NCBI GenBank assembly: GCA_963849325.1
Contig: CAWKHF010000005.1
Coordinates: 64,001 to 128,000, forward strand
Direction of reading: 5' to 3'
Length of the DNA stretch: 64,000 bases
From: an uncultured Planctomycetota bacterium
Lineage (GTDB): Bacteria; Planctomycetota; Planctomycetia; Gemmatales; Gemmataceae
Shown in pieces: positions 31,811 to 43,973 of this stretch. Every line of letters begins with the position of its first letter. Positions within the stretch are counted from its first letter, which is position 1. Made by a program: the position numbers and the translations under genes. The notes beneath the pieces are model-generated. The model had not been told where the DNA came from, made no database searches, and saw nothing but the letters and a program-made list of their open reading frames with translations.

Positions 31811-31888
31811 GGCGGGGTCTCCGCAAGGGATCACGGTTCCGGCCTCACTCCCAATGCGTAATCCGCCCGAAAAACCGGCCAAGAAGGT

Positions 31889-32457
31889 TCAAGATTTTTC
31901 CCCGCTGCCTTCGACGGCCCGCCGCAGCCAGGCGCGGGCGTAGGCCCAGTGGCGGCCCGCCGTCCGCTCCGACAGCCCCAGCGCCGCGGCGGCTTCGGGG
32001 AGAGTCAGGCCGACGAAGTAGCGGAGCTTGACGAGATCGGCCTTGAGCGGATCCTCGGCCGCCAGCCGGTCCAGGGCGTGGTCCAGGGCGAGCAGATCTT
32101 CCCGCGGCTCGCGGGTGGCGGCCAGGTCCGGCTGGAGTTCGAGTCGGGCGAGCCCCCTCCGTGCCGGGCAGCCGCCTTGCGGCGGGCGTGATCCACCAGG
32201 ATACGCCGCATGGCCTCGGCCGCGGCGGCAAAGAAGTGGCCGCGGTTGTCCCAGCGGGCGGCGTCGGCTGGCCCGACCAGCCGCAGATACGCCTCGTGGA
32301 CAAGGGCCGTTGGGTCCAGGGTGTTGCCGGGAGCCTCCTCGGCCATCCGGACGGCCGCTAGTTTGCGCAGCTCCTCATACACCAACGGCAGCAACTGCCC
32401 GGCAGCGTGTGTATTGCCCTGTGCGAGGTCGGACAGGATCTGGGTGACTTCGTTCAT
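31889..32457 (-). CDS. ECF-type sigma factor, planctomycete family (frameshifted)
   Basis: [33 protein letters not shown]. Confidence 0.92.
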
Positions 32458-32769
32458 CGCTCACCAGAAGGCACGAACAGGGTGCGGACACCTGCGACTG
32501 CCATGCTCGGGCCGGTTGGGGAATGGTAGCGCTCTTTCTCGCGTCGAACCTGTTGTAGCGTCCAGGTCGATTCCCTCCCACGAAGACTGCCGATGAGTTT
32601 ACCACCAGGGTGCCCACAAATCCTCGATTTTCTTGACATGCCTCTCGTGCGGGGTGCGTGCGCCGCGGGAAAACTGCGATCAACAAACGCGCCTGGTCAG
32701 GGTACAATGACATTTCCTCGTCCAGGGTACATTTCTCAACCGGACGATGCAGGGGAGGACAGACCCATC

Positions 32770-34380
32770 ATGCTTTCTCCCGCGGTGTTGTCGAATCCTG
32801 TGCGAGCGGGTCTCGACCTGGGCCGACATGGAATCCATTATCCGGGCGCGATTCATTACCAACTGCCGCCGGCAGCATGGGTCGAGCTGGCCCTGGCGCG
32901 CGACGAGGGCGTACTGGCCGACAACGGCGCCTTCGTCGCTTCCACCGGCGCGCACACCGGCCGCTCGCCGCGCGATCGCTACCTGGTGGCCGAGCCGCTG
33001 TCGCAGGCGGACATCGCCTGGGGACCGACCAATCGGCCAATGGAACCGATCGTCTTCGATCGCCTGCTGCATCGCGTCCTGGCGTACTTGCAGGGGCGCG
33101 ACCTGTTCGTCTGCGACGCCAGCGCCTGCGCCGATCCCGACCATGCTCTTCCGGTGCGCCTCATCGCCGACCGGGCCTGGCACGCGCTGTTCGCCCAGTC
33201 GTTGCTGCGCCGCGCGCCGGGGACGGACGCCGCCAGCGAGGCGGGGTTGACCATCCTGTGCGCCAGCGGCATGCACGCCGAGCCGGTCCTCGACGGCACG
33301 CACAGCGACACCTTCATCGTCCTGCACCTGGCCCGCGGCCTGGTGCTGATCGGCGGCACCGAGTACGCCGGCGAGATCAAGAAAGCCGTCTTTTCGGTCC
33401 TCAATTATCTCTTACCCTTGCGCGGCGTCGCCACCATGCACTGTGGGGCCAACGTCGGCACGGCCAGCGATACCGCCCTGTTCTTCGGCCTCTCGGGCAC
33501 CGGCAAGACGACGCTGTCGGCCGACCCCCAGCGACGGTTGATCGGTGACGACGAGCACGGTTGGTCCGACGCGGGCATCTTCAACATCGAGGGCGGCTGT
33601 TACGCCAAGACCATTCGCCTGTCGCGCGAGGGCGAGCCGCAGATCTGGAACGCCATCCGCTTCGGCAGCGTGCTGGAGAACGTGACGCTCGACCCGCACA
33701 CGCGCCGGCCGGACTATGACGACGACCATTTCACGGAGAACACCCGCGCCGCCTACCCCCTGGCCCACATCGACGGCGTCGAGCCAACCAGCCGTGGCGG
33801 TCCTCCGCGCACGATCCTGTTCCTGGCCTGCGATGCCTTCGGCGTTCTGCCGCCGTTGAGTCGATTGACGCCGGAGCAGGCGTTGTATCACTTTCTGTCG
33901 GGATACACGGCCAAGGTGGCCGGCACCGAGGCCGGCGTGCGCGAACCGGAAGCGACGTTCAGCACCTGCTTCGCCGCTCCCTTCCTGCCGCTGCATCCGA
34001 CCCGCTACGCCGAATTACTGGCCGAGCGCATACGGAGGCACGGCAGCCAGGTCTGGCTGCTCAACACCGGCTGGATTGGCGGACCCTACGGCCGAGGCCA
34101 ACGCATTCCCCTGGCGCAGACGCGAGCCATGGTGCGGGCCATTCTCGCCGGCGCTCTCGACGATGTTGCCTTTTCGCCGGAGCCGTACTTCGGCCTGCTG
34201 ACGCCGGCGGGCTGTCCCGAGGTGCCGGCGGAACTGCTGCGGCCGCACCAGACCTGCGCCGACCGCGACGATTACGAGCGCCGCGCGCGCCAGCTCGCCG
34301 AATTGTTCCGCGCTAACTTCGAGACGTACTACGCCCCGCACGTCGCCGAGCCGGTGCGCCAGGCTGGGCCGCGCGTTTGA
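32770..34380 (+). CDS. pckA: Phosphoenolpyruvate carboxykinase (ATP)
   Basis: TGRSPRD, YAGEIKK, FFGLSGTGKTTLS, LIGDDEHGW, EGGCYAK. Confidence 0.96.
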   Translation: MLSPAVLSNPVRAGLDLGRHGIHYPGAIHYQLPPAAWVELALARDEGVLADNGAFVASTGAHTGRSPRDRYLVAEPLSQADIAWGPTNRPMEPIVFDRLLHRVLAYLQGRDLFVCDASACADPDHALPVRLIADRAWHALFAQSLLRRAPGTDAASEAGLTILCASGMHAEPVLDGTHSDTFIVLHLARGLVLIGGTEYAGEIKKAVFSVLNYLLPLRGVATMHCGANVGTASDTALFFGLSGTGKTTLSADPQRRLIGDDEHGWSDAGIFNIEGGCYAKTIRLSREGEPQIWNAIRFGSVLENVTLDPHTRRPDYDDDHFTENTRAAYPLAHIDGVEPTSRGGPPRTILFLACDAFGVLPPLSRLTPEQALYHFLSGYTAKVAGTEAGVREPEATFSTCFAAPFLPLHPTRYAELLAERIRRHGSQVWLLNTGWIGGPYGRGQRIPLAQTRAMVRAILAGALDDVAFSPEPYFGLLTPAGCPEVPAELLRPHQTCADRDDYERRARQLAELFRANFETYYAPHVAEPVRQAGPRV

Positions 34381-34408
34381 CGGCGTGTAGAGCCCGAGAG
34401 GAGCATTC

Positions 34409-34675
34409 ATGCCGCCTGATGTCCGGAAATTGCGATCCGCCTTGACGGCCTGCGAACATGCCCTCCGCCGCATCGTGGATTCTCGTCTCGACCCCTTTCT
34501 CGACCAACGCTTGCGCGACCTGAGTGAACGCAAGGAGTGGCTCAGCGCGGTGGAGCATGACGAACTGCTAGCCCTGATCGCTTTCACCCAGCAACGCACG
34601 TTGGAGCAACTTGAGGCGGAAGCAGCGTTACGGGAACTGCAATCGGCTCGCATGGACTTGGCGCGGACGTCATAA
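34409..34675 (+). CDS. Small hypothetical protein (antitoxin-like)
   Basis: 88 aa with RBS gaggag. Confidence 0.55.
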   Translation: MPPDVRKLRSALTACEHALRRIVDSRLDPFLDQRLRDLSERKEWLSAVEHDELLALIAFTQQRTLEQLEAEAALRELQSARMDLARTS

Positions 34676-34880
34676 CTACTCTCTCCGGTGAACTATCGCC
34701 CGCGCGGCAGCGAACTGCGAACCCTTGCGGGGCGTAGGGGAGAATACGGCCGCACGCAATCGGATCGCGGGGACGGTGGATCGTCGCCTCCCCTTGCAAT
34801 GCGTGCGCTCGCGCCCTAAAACACAAGTCTCCAAGGGAATTGCGTGCCCCGGACGGGATGGGACGGATAACGGTGGGACC

Positions 34881-35853
34881 ATGATTCACGTCGAGAACTT
34901 GAGCAAGTATTTCGGCCCCGTCATGGCCGTCAACAACGTCAGCTTTCAGGTCGAAGCCAACGAGATCGTCGGCCTGCTCGGCAACAACGGCGCCGGCAAG
35001 ACGACCATCATGCGCATCCTGACCACGTATCTGCCGGCCTCCAGCGGCATCGCGCGCGTGGCCGGCTTCGACGTCATGACGCAGTCGATGGAAGTGCGCC
35101 GCCGCGTCGGCTATCTGCCCGAGAGCATCCCCCTTTATCCCGAGATGCGCGTCGAGGAATACCTGTCCTACCGGGCCAAGCTCAAGGGCGTCGAACGCCG
35201 AAAGCGGCCGCAGCGCATCGCCTACTGCCTGGAGCGCTGCCGCGTGCGCGAGGTACAGCGCCGCCTGGTCGGCACGCTGTCCAAGGGCTATCGTCAGCGC
35301 GTCGGCTTGGCCGACGCCATGATTAACGATCCGCCCATCCTGATCCTCGACGAGCCGACCGACGGCCTGGACCCCGGCCAGAAGGCCGAGACGCTCGGCA
35401 TGCTCCGCGAACTGGGGCAGGACCACACGATCATGTTGTCGTCGCACATGCTCAGCGAGGTCGAGACGCTGGTGCAGCGCGTCATCATCATTCGCCGCGG
35501 ACACCTGGGGTTGGCCAAGAAGCTGTCCGAGCTGGAGACCGACGACGTCATCGTCGTCGAGGTGCGCGGCCCGGTCGATCAGGTGGCGGTGGCCCTGCGC
35601 AACACCGAGGGCGTGGCCCAGGTGACGACGCGCGACAGCGACGACGGCGTGACGCTGTTCGAGGTGCGCACGCACCAGCTCGAAGGATCTGCGCGAGCAG
35701 ATCTCGCAGCGGTTGGCCAAGAACGGTTGGCCGATCCGTCGTCTCGATCTGCGGCGGCGCAGCCTGCAAGACCGCTGGGACGAAATCAACAACTGGGCCG
35801 ACGTCGAGTCGCCCGCCAAGCCCGCCGGCAGCAACACGGCCGTGACGGTATGA
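34881..35853 (+). CDS. ABC transporter ATP-binding protein, GldA-like (frameshift near the end)
   Basis: GNNGAGKTT, LSKGYRQRVGLA, ILDEPT. Confidence 0.93.
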
Positions 35854-35904
35854 GCCGCTTGTGGCTTCGCGCGAACCGCAAGCAGCCCCTGTGAGGATGC
35901 CACC

Positions 35905-37489
35905 ATGTCCAGCAAGGCGATCACCCAACCCCAAGGCCCGCGTCCCGGCGGCGACTGGCAGTCGCGCCAGGAAACGGCGCCGTCGGTCCTCCGCAGCGAC
36001 GATCCCGGGTTCGCGCGCGTCGTCGGCATGATCGGAGCGGCCAGCGTCATCTTCGGCGGTATGGCCCTGATCCTGCAAGGCACCGGCCGCATCACGCCCT
36101 TGGGCACTGGCTGGTCAAGCTTCCTGCTGGCCGCCGGCGTCGCCGGGCTGCTGTTCCACGCCGCCTTCGATTGGGACCTGCAATTTCGCCGCCTGTACAT
36201 GCTGTTCGGCTCCGTCGTCGTCATCGTCGGCGTCTTCCTCGCCGTCGTGCCCTACAACGGCCAGATGGGTTCGCTGTTCGGCCACGGCTTTTTGTGCCTG
36301 CTGCTGGGTCTGTTGTTCCTGCTGGCCTTCCTGCGCAACGAGACCGACGCCTGGATGCGGCGATCCGTGTACAACGCCCTGGGCATCCTGGGCGGACTGA
36401 TGGCCGTCGTCGGCCTGGTCGGCGGCAACGTCAAGGGCGAGTTCCTGACGCCCATCGGTCTGCTGCTGTCGGTGCTCGGCCTCATCTACGCGACCGCCTA
36501 CGTCGCCGGCGTCGGCGTCAGCGATGACCGCGGCTACCGCGCCGGCCTGGGCCTCGGCGTCCTCGGAGTCCTTGTCTTCGTCGTCGCCCTGGGCCGCTCC
36601 GCTCTGCCGCCGTTGTTCTACCGCTGGCACTGGACGCAAAACCAGCCGGCCGACTACCTCGTCCCTTACGGCCTGCTGCTGATGGCCCTGGGGCTGCTCT
36701 ACGTTTGCGTGTCGCTGCTGTTGTGCTCGGATTGGACCCTGATCGTGTTGACGCGACGCGAACTCGGCTCGATGTTCTATTCGCCCATCGCCTACATCGT
36801 GCTGTTCGTCTTCGTCATTGCGCACTGGTGGGCGTACTTCTGGGTGCTGTCGGGCATGTTGCTCAGCGAGGCGTCGTCGCCGGAGCCGATTGTCAGCAAC
36901 TTCATTTTGCAGTGGTCCGCCGTCATCAGCACCATTGTCGTCATCCCCGTGCTGACGATGCGGCTGTTGAGCGAGGAGAAGCGCGCGGGCACGCTGGAGG
37001 TGCTGCTGACGGCGCCGGTCGATGAGGGGGCGGTAGTGATCAGCAAGTTCCTGGCCGCCTGCGTCATGTTCCTGACCATGTGGGTGCCGTTCGGCCTGTT
37101 TTTGGTGTACCTGCGCCTGGGCGGCGGCTCGGAGTTCGACTATCGGCCTCTGTTCAGCTTTACCATCGGCCTGGCGGTGACGTCGGCGGCGTTCGTCAGC
37201 ATGGGCGTATTCTTCTCCAGCCTGACGCGCAGCCAGGTCGCCAGCGGCGTGCTGACCTTCGCCGGCATGTTGTCGTTGACGCTGCTGTTCCTGGTCGGCG
37301 GCATGCTCAGTCGCTTCATGGCCTCCAGCGCCTGGGTGACGGTGCTCAAGCACCTGTCCTACATCGACGTGTGGATCGACACGCTGGATGGCCGGCTGCA
37401 TGCCGCGGCAGCTGATTTTCTTCGCGTCCATGACGGTGGTTTGGCTGTTCTTGAGCGTCAAGGTGCTGGAAGCGCGAAAATGGACGTGA
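35905..37489 (+). CDS. ABC-2 permease, GldF-like, with an extra N-terminal membrane domain
   Basis: RELGSMFYSPIAY, TMRLLSEEKRAGTLEVLLTAP. Confidence 0.88.
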
Positions 37490-37504
37490 GCTAAGTTCCT
37501 CGAA

Positions 37505-37571
37505 CCGGCGAGCGGGGGGCGTCAGCCCCCTGTTGGCAACAAACAGGGGGCTGACGCCCCCGCTCGCCAGT
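37505..37571. repeat. REP-like palindrome
   Basis: ggcgagcggggggcgtcagccccctgtt / aacagggggctgacgcccccgctcgcc. Confidence 0.8.
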
Positions 37572-37595
37572 TGAGGCGTCGTGAGGAGTGGAATC

Positions 37596-39726
37596 ATGTC
37601 GAGCATTCCATCGACAACGAATACAGGTGACGTCTACGAACGCCTGGCGGCCAAGCGGCAGACAATCGCCTACGCGCTGATCGTCGCCGGCATCGCGCTG
37701 GCGGCCATCCCCATCACCAACGTGGCCCTGTATCGCTGGCAGTCACTGGCGGTCTTCCTCTGGGGGGCCGGACTGTCGCTGTTCGTCCTCCTGGCGGGTG
37801 TGATCTACCTCGTGCTGGAGACGACCGGCAGCCGCCGCGACGAGGCGGACCGTCTGCGCGTCACCGTGCTTATCGTGCTGGGCGGCGTTGGCCTGCTGAC
37901 GGCCCTGCTGGGTTTGCTGCTGCCGTTCGCGTCGCCGCCGTTCGCCTTGACCAACTACCCGGACATCTTCGCCGGCGGCGTGCGCAAGTGGCGCGAACGC
38001 GACAACGCCCTGGCCCTGACTCGCTGCGGCGCGGCGCTCCTCGGCGGCCTGGTCCTGATGTTCGTCGGACTGATCCAGGCCCGCACCTTCGAGCGCACCC
38101 GCCCCAACCTGCGCCGCCTGCTCTACGGCTACAACGCCATCCTCACCAGTCTGCTGCTCGTCCTCATCGTCATTCTCGTCAACCTGCTGCCCTATTCGGG
38201 CGTTCGGCCGTTCAGCTACGCCAACGAGTCGATCGACTGGACGCGCGCCGGCATCCACACGCTGCACCCGGCGACGAAGAACCTGCTGGCCGAGCTGAAG
38301 CAGCCCGTCAAGGTGTACGTGCTCGGCTCGGCCAACGATCGCGTCATGTTCGAGATGACGGCGCTGCTGGAGAAGTGCCGGGCCATCGATCCGCAACTGA
38401 GCTGGGAGCAGGTCTCGCGCGACCGCAACCGCGACCGCCATGCTGCGAGCTGATGCGAGAAGTACAGCGTCCCCGAGAGCGAGGGCGTGCTCGTCGTCTA
38501 CGGGCCGGCCGGGAACGAGGTCCACGAGTTCATCAAGAGCAGCGACCTGTTCGAGACGAACATGGCCGACCCGGCCGGGCCAACGCTTCACCTTCAAGGG
38601 CGAGAACGCCCTGCTCAACGCGCTGACCTTCCTGTCCGCGGGCAAGACGAAGGCCGACGGTCTACTTCACGCAGGGCAACGGCGAACTGGCGTTCAACGA
38701 TCGCAGCGCCGACCGCATCGACGTGGGCATGGGTCTGCTGATCGACGAGCTGGGCCGCGTCAACTACCAGACGCGCGAGCTGGACCGTGACGGCGGACAC
38801 GGACAAGATGCCCGAGGACGCCGACATCGTTGTCGATCGCTCGGCCGCGCGAGGAGGTGCCGGCCAAGTTCGTCGACCGCCCTGCGCGACTACCTGCAGC
38901 GGCACCAATCGCAAGGACAAGAAGAAGGGCAAGCTGATCGTGCTGTTCGACGTGGTGCAGCGCGGCGGCAAGGGGCCGATGGTGCGCACCGGGCTGGAGG
39001 CGCTGGTGGCCGAGCAAGGCGTCCGCGTCGGCGACAACCGGGTGCTCGATCCGTCGAGCCGCCGCGATCCCCTGGCCCTGACCGTCATCGCCGACCCGCG
39101 CAGCAAGAACCCGATCGCCCGCGCCTTCTCCAACGAGGCTGAGGGATCGTCGCTGTTTTTGCTTCTACCAGGCCCGGACCGTGGAGCCGGCGCAAGCGAA
39201 CCCGCCCGGCGCGCCGGCGCCGTCCGGCCGACAACCTGATCATCACCTTCCCGGTACAGCGCGGTCCTGGTCGATGACGGACCTGAACGTCCCGCCGCGC
39301 GCCCTGATCGAGGAGTTGATGACGCGATCCGCGAGAAGATCAACGAAAAGTTGAGCCCGCACGCCGCGTGCCGTTGGCCGTGACGGTCGCCGAGGGCAAG
39401 ACGCAGGCGCCGCCGATCCCCGGCCACGATTTCATGGCCAAGGAGGGCCAGCCGCGCCTGGTGGTCTTCGGCGACGCCAGCTGGATCTCCAATCCGCTGC
39501 TTCAGCAGGCCGCTCCGAACCATTTCAACCTGTTCGCCAGCTCGTCTGTCGTGGCTGGCGGAACGAGCCGGACATCGGCAACCGCGTACCGCCGACGCAG
39601 CATGATCTGTATCGCCTCAAGGCGCCGCCCGGCAGCGGCGGCCGTCTGCTGTTTCTGCCCGGTTTCCTTCTGATGCTGGGCGTGCTGGCCCTGGGCGTCG
39701 GCGTCTGGGTGGTGCGGCGGCGCTGA
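37596..39726 (+). CDS. GldG-like ABC auxiliary protein (multiple frameshifts)
   Basis: DWTRAGIHTLHPATKNLL, FKGENAL, YFTQGNGE, RLVVFGD, C-terminal TM ending WVVRRR. Confidence 0.8.
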
Positions 39727-39748
39727 TCTTTACCGAGGTTCCCTCGCC

Positions 39749-42284
39749 ATGAATTTCAAAACAACCTACGTCCTCTTCGGCATTCTCGGTGTTGTACTGT
39801 TGGTGTTCGCCTGGGTGCTGTGGGTCGGCCCCACGAACGTCGAGCAGACCGCTTTCGTGCTGCCCTCCATGCACAAGGAGGGCAGTCCGCTCGATCCCAA
39901 GGACATCACCCGCGTCGAGATCGAGCGCAGCAGTCCCAGCGCCGAGAAGTTCGTCTTCGTCCGCGACGCCGGCGGCGATCCCTGGCGCATCGTCGAGCCG
40001 CGCGACTACGCGGCCAACAGCTCCGCCATCGACAATCTCGTCCGCCAGGTCTACAACGCCCGCCTCGAAGAGAAATCGGACGTGGTCAACAACCCCAAGC
40101 AGTACGGTCTGGAAACGCCGGTCGAGGTCGTCACGCTCATCAAGGAGGCCGAGCCGCGGCGCGAGGTGAAGCTCAACGTCGGCGAGGCCAGTCCCGGCAA
40201 GGATAAGGCCGTCATCTACGTCACCTCGTCGGATCGCAGCGAGGTCATGGCCGTGCGCAAGAACGACCTGGACAGCGTCAAGAAGACCGCTGGCCGAATT
40301 CCGCAGCCACGACCTGCTCAGCCCGGCGACCGGCGACATCCAGGCGTTCGCGCTCAGCCAGCGCAACAAGGACAAGGTGGTCAAGGGACCGATCGAAGTG
40401 AAGAAGGGCAGCGAGGAACGCTGGACCTACGTGCAGCCGCCCTACGGCGATGCCCAGGTGGAGGGAGCCGACCCGGCCGCGGCGGATAAGCCGCCCAGCA
40501 ACGTCCGCTCGGTGCTGACCGACATCTCCAACTTGAAGGTGGAGAACAACGGCGATTTCGTCAAGGACGACGTGACGGACCTGGGCAAATACCACCTCGA
40601 CCCGGCCAAGGACGACGTCTTGCGCATCGAGATCGAGCGCGTCGAGGAGATTGCCAAGAACGCCGAGGGCGAGAAGGAAAAGAAGACAACCAAGATCGCC
40701 CTGCTCGTCGGCATTGGCAAGAAGGTAGACGACAAAAGCGATCAGTATTATGCCTGCATCGACGATCCCAAACACAAGGACATCGTCAAGGTCGCGGTCA
40801 AGAACGTCGAGCGCTTCGTCAAGCTGCTGGACAAGCCGGACGCCCTGCGCGATCGCAATCTCGTCGCCCTGGGCAATATCCGCAAGCCGGACGCCATCGA
40901 CGTCAAGAACAGTTACGGCCTGCTGGAGTTCCGTCGTACCTCGGATACGCAGAAGCCGTGGAAGCTGTGGCGAGGCGACAAATCGTATCCCGTCGATGAG
41001 CCGTCCATCCAGAACCTGATTACGCTGCTGACGGCGCCGAACCAGGTCGAATCGTTCCCCGATCCCAAGGAGAAGGCACAGCTGGGCCTGGACAAACCGG
41101 ATGTCGTCGTGACGCTGTGGGCCGACAGTCTGCCGGCGGAGGACAAAAAGAAGGACGACAAGGACAAAAAAGAGGAGAAAAAGGACAAGAAACCGGAGCC
41201 GAAGGACAAGTCCAAGCCGGCGTACACACTGTCGTTCGGATTCCGCAAGGAGAACGCAGTGGCCGTCGAACGCAAGCGCGGCGACGACAAGAACAGCGTC
41301 CTTGTGATGGTGCCGGCCAAGCTGCTCGACCAGGTGCGCGAGGGACCGCTGGCTTACCTCGACAAAGAGTTGCCGCCGTTTGGCAACAGCCGCTTCGACG
41401 CCGTGACGGGGGTGACGAAGCTGGCGCTGACGCGCGACGGCACCACCTACGAAATCAGCCGCGAGAATAAGCCCGACGCGCCGTGGAAGATCGACAAACC
41501 GTCCGACTTCGCCGGCCGCACCGCCGACCGCGCCGCCGTCGAAAACATGCTGCGCGACCTCAACAACCTGCGCGCCGTCAAGATCGTCGAGGACAAGATA
41601 CCCGCCGACGCCAAGCTGGCCGAGTGGGGATTGAAGGAGCCGCGCATCAAGGCCGTCGTCACGGTGACCAAGGACGGCAAGCCCAAGACGTTCACCTACG
41701 ACTTCGGCAAGGAGGCTGACGACAAGAGCGGCGTCTATCTCCGCACCGGCCAGCAAGACACGATTGTCGTCGTTGCCAACAACGTCGTCACCACGTTGCA
41801 GCGCGAATTGCAGGACCCGACCGTGCTCCAGTTCGACACGGCCAAGGTCAAGGAGGTCAAGCTGACGGGCTGGATCACTCTGGCGAAGCAGCTCGGCAAG
41901 AACACACCGCTAACGCACACCTTCAAGCGCCACGCCAATGGCACCGACTGGGAGGCCGAATCGAAGGACGCGCTCAAGCCCGATGCCAAGCGGCTGAACG
42001 ATTTCCTCAAGGAACTGTCCAATCTCAAGGCGGTGAAGTTCGTCGCCCACAAGGCGACGCCGAAGGCCGAGCAGGAGCTGGACCCGGCCAAGGGGGCGCT
42101 GCTGATCGAGCTGACCGTTGCCGGCGACAAGGAGCCGAAGAAGCTGACGTTGACGGTGGGCAAGGCGGACGGCGACGCCGCTTACTTCGCCATCAGCAAC
42201 CAGCTGCCCGGCGACATCTTCGACGTTCGCAAGGACATCTTCGAGAAGCCGCGATCCGCCCCGGCGTACTTCAGTGGGCAATGA
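39749..42284 (+). CDS. DUF4340 repeat protein (frameshifted)
   Basis: MNFKTT.., repeated W.I..P...AD and YGL..P units, downstream of the GldG-like gene. Confidence 0.8.
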
Positions 42285-42285
42285 T

Positions 42286-42353
42286 CCGTTTCGCCGCGAC
42301 TGCGCAGCGGAGCGCGGCACGCTCGCGCTCCGCTGCGCATCGCGGCGAAACGG
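42286..42353. repeat. REP-like palindrome (GTTTAGCCGCGACGCG family)
   Basis: ccgtttcgccgcga..gcgcagcggagcgcg / cgcgctccgctgcgc..tcgcggcgaaacgg. Confidence 0.85.
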
Positions 42354-42427
42354 CGTTTCTTGCAATCCCTTCCTCGTGTCCGTATAGTTCACACGTGCCT
42401 TTCGGGCGATGGAACGCGAGGAGAGCC

Positions 42428-43804
42428 ATGACCCCCCCGATCATGCGGCGCATTCATCTCGGCGGCGCCGGCGCCGCCGAGCAGCTGGCTCGTCTCCGCG
42501 CGCAGCTCGGCGCTCAGGGCAACGTGGTCTCGGCGCGCGGCCGCGCCTTGACCGAGAAGGTCTTCGGCGAAGCGCTGCCGCCGTCGCGCGTGGTCGAGCG
42601 GGTCTGTGAGGACGTGCGCCAGCGCGGCCGCGAGGCCGTCTTCCACTACACTGAGCAGTTCGACCGCGTCCGCCTCGACGCCGACACGCTGCGCGTCAGT
42701 CGCTCCGAGCTGGAGGAGGCGCACGCGGCGGCGGAGGCGGCCTTGCTGGAGACGGTGCGGCGCGTGCGGCAGAACATCCTGTCGTTTCAGCTTGGTCTGC
42801 TCCATCGCACGGCCCGGTTAGCGGTATCCGGCCGGCACGAGCTGCGCCTGCGCTATCGACCGATGCGGCGCGTCGGCATCCTGGTGCCGGGTGGGGCAGC
42901 AGCGTATCCCTCAACGCTGCTGATGACGGTCTGTCCGGCGCAGGCGGCGGGGGTGAAAGAGCTGGCCGTCGTCATGCCGCCGACGAAGACGGGCGCCTAC
43001 AACAAGGACATGCTGGCCGTCTGTCAGGAGCTGGGCGTCACCGAGGTTTATCGCGTCGGCGGAGCGCAGGCCGTGGCCGCCCTCGCTTACGGCATCGAGG
43101 GATTGCCGCCGGTGGACATGATCGTGGGGCCGGGCAACCTGTTCGTCGCCCTGGCCAAGCGGCACGTCTTCGGCCAGGTGGCCATCGACTGTATTGCCGG
43201 GCCGAGCGAGGTGGTGGTGCTGGCCGACGCTTCCGCGTCGCCGGAGTTCGTCGCCTCCGATCTGATCGCCCAGGCCGAACACGCTCCCGGCGCCAGTATC
43301 CTCGTCACCTGGCACGCGCCGCTGATGGACGCGGTCGAGTCCGCCTTGCAAGCGCAGTTGTCGCGCCTGTCGCGCGGCGAGCTGGCCCGCGAGAGCCTCG
43401 AACAGTTTGGCGCCCTCGTGCTGGCCCGCGACGCGAACGAGGCGGTCGCCTGCGTCAACGAGTTGGCCCCGGAGCACCTGCAGATCGCCGCCGACGACGC
43501 CGAGGCGCTGGGCGAGCGCATCGACAACGTCGGGGCGATCTTCCTCGGCCCGTACACGCCGGTAGCGGTCGGCGATTACGCGGCTGGTCCATCGCACGTG
43601 TTGCCGACCGGCGGCACGGCGCGCTTCACCAGTGGGCTGACGGCCAACGATTTCCTACGCCGCAGCAGCATCCTGTCGTTCACGCGCGACGGCCTGTCGC
43701 GCATGGCCGACGACGTGATCCGCCTGGCCCAGCGCGAAGGTCTGACCGCCCACGCCGCCAGCATCGAAGTACGCCTACCCGAGACCACCGAAACAAACAA
43801 ATAG
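42428..43804 (+). CDS. hisD: Histidinol dehydrogenase
   Basis: GPGNLFVALAK, AGPSEV, DLIAQAEH, APEHL, GDYAAGPSHVLPT. Confidence 0.97.
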   Translation: MTPPIMRRIHLGGAGAAEQLARLRAQLGAQGNVVSARGRALTEKVFGEALPPSRVVERVCEDVRQRGREAVFHYTEQFDRVRLDADTLRVSRSELEEAHAAAEAALLETVRRVRQNILSFQLGLLHRTARLAVSGRHELRLRYRPMRRVGILVPGGAAAYPSTLLMTVCPAQAAGVKELAVVMPPTKTGAYNKDMLAVCQELGVTEVYRVGGAQAVAALAYGIEGLPPVDMIVGPGNLFVALAKRHVFGQVAIDCIAGPSEVVVLADASASPEFVASDLIAQAEHAPGASILVTWHAPLMDAVESALQAQLSRLSRGELARESLEQFGALVLARDANEAVACVNELAPEHLQIAADDAEALGERIDNVGAIFLGPYTPVAVGDYAAGPSHVLPTGGTARFTSGLTANDFLRRSSILSFTRDGLSRMADDVIRLAQREGLTAHAASIEVRLPETTETNK

Positions 43805-43805
43805 A

Positions 43806-43952
43806 CACCACGGAAAGCACGGAATACACGGAAAAAAGCCAAAAACCATAAAAGATCTATAGGGGAGAGCGCCCCATTTAGTTTGGGAAAGATGATCGGT
43901 ACGTTCATTCTGCTTTTGTCTTTTTTCCGTATTTTCCGTGTTTTCCGTGGTG
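43806..43952. repeat. REP/MITE-like element with 9-nt-periodic inverted arms
   Basis: caccacggaaagcacggaatacacggaaa ... tttccgtattttccgtgttttccgtggtg. Confidence 0.8.
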
Positions 43953-43973
43953 AAATGTTTTTGGAGGTCGGCG

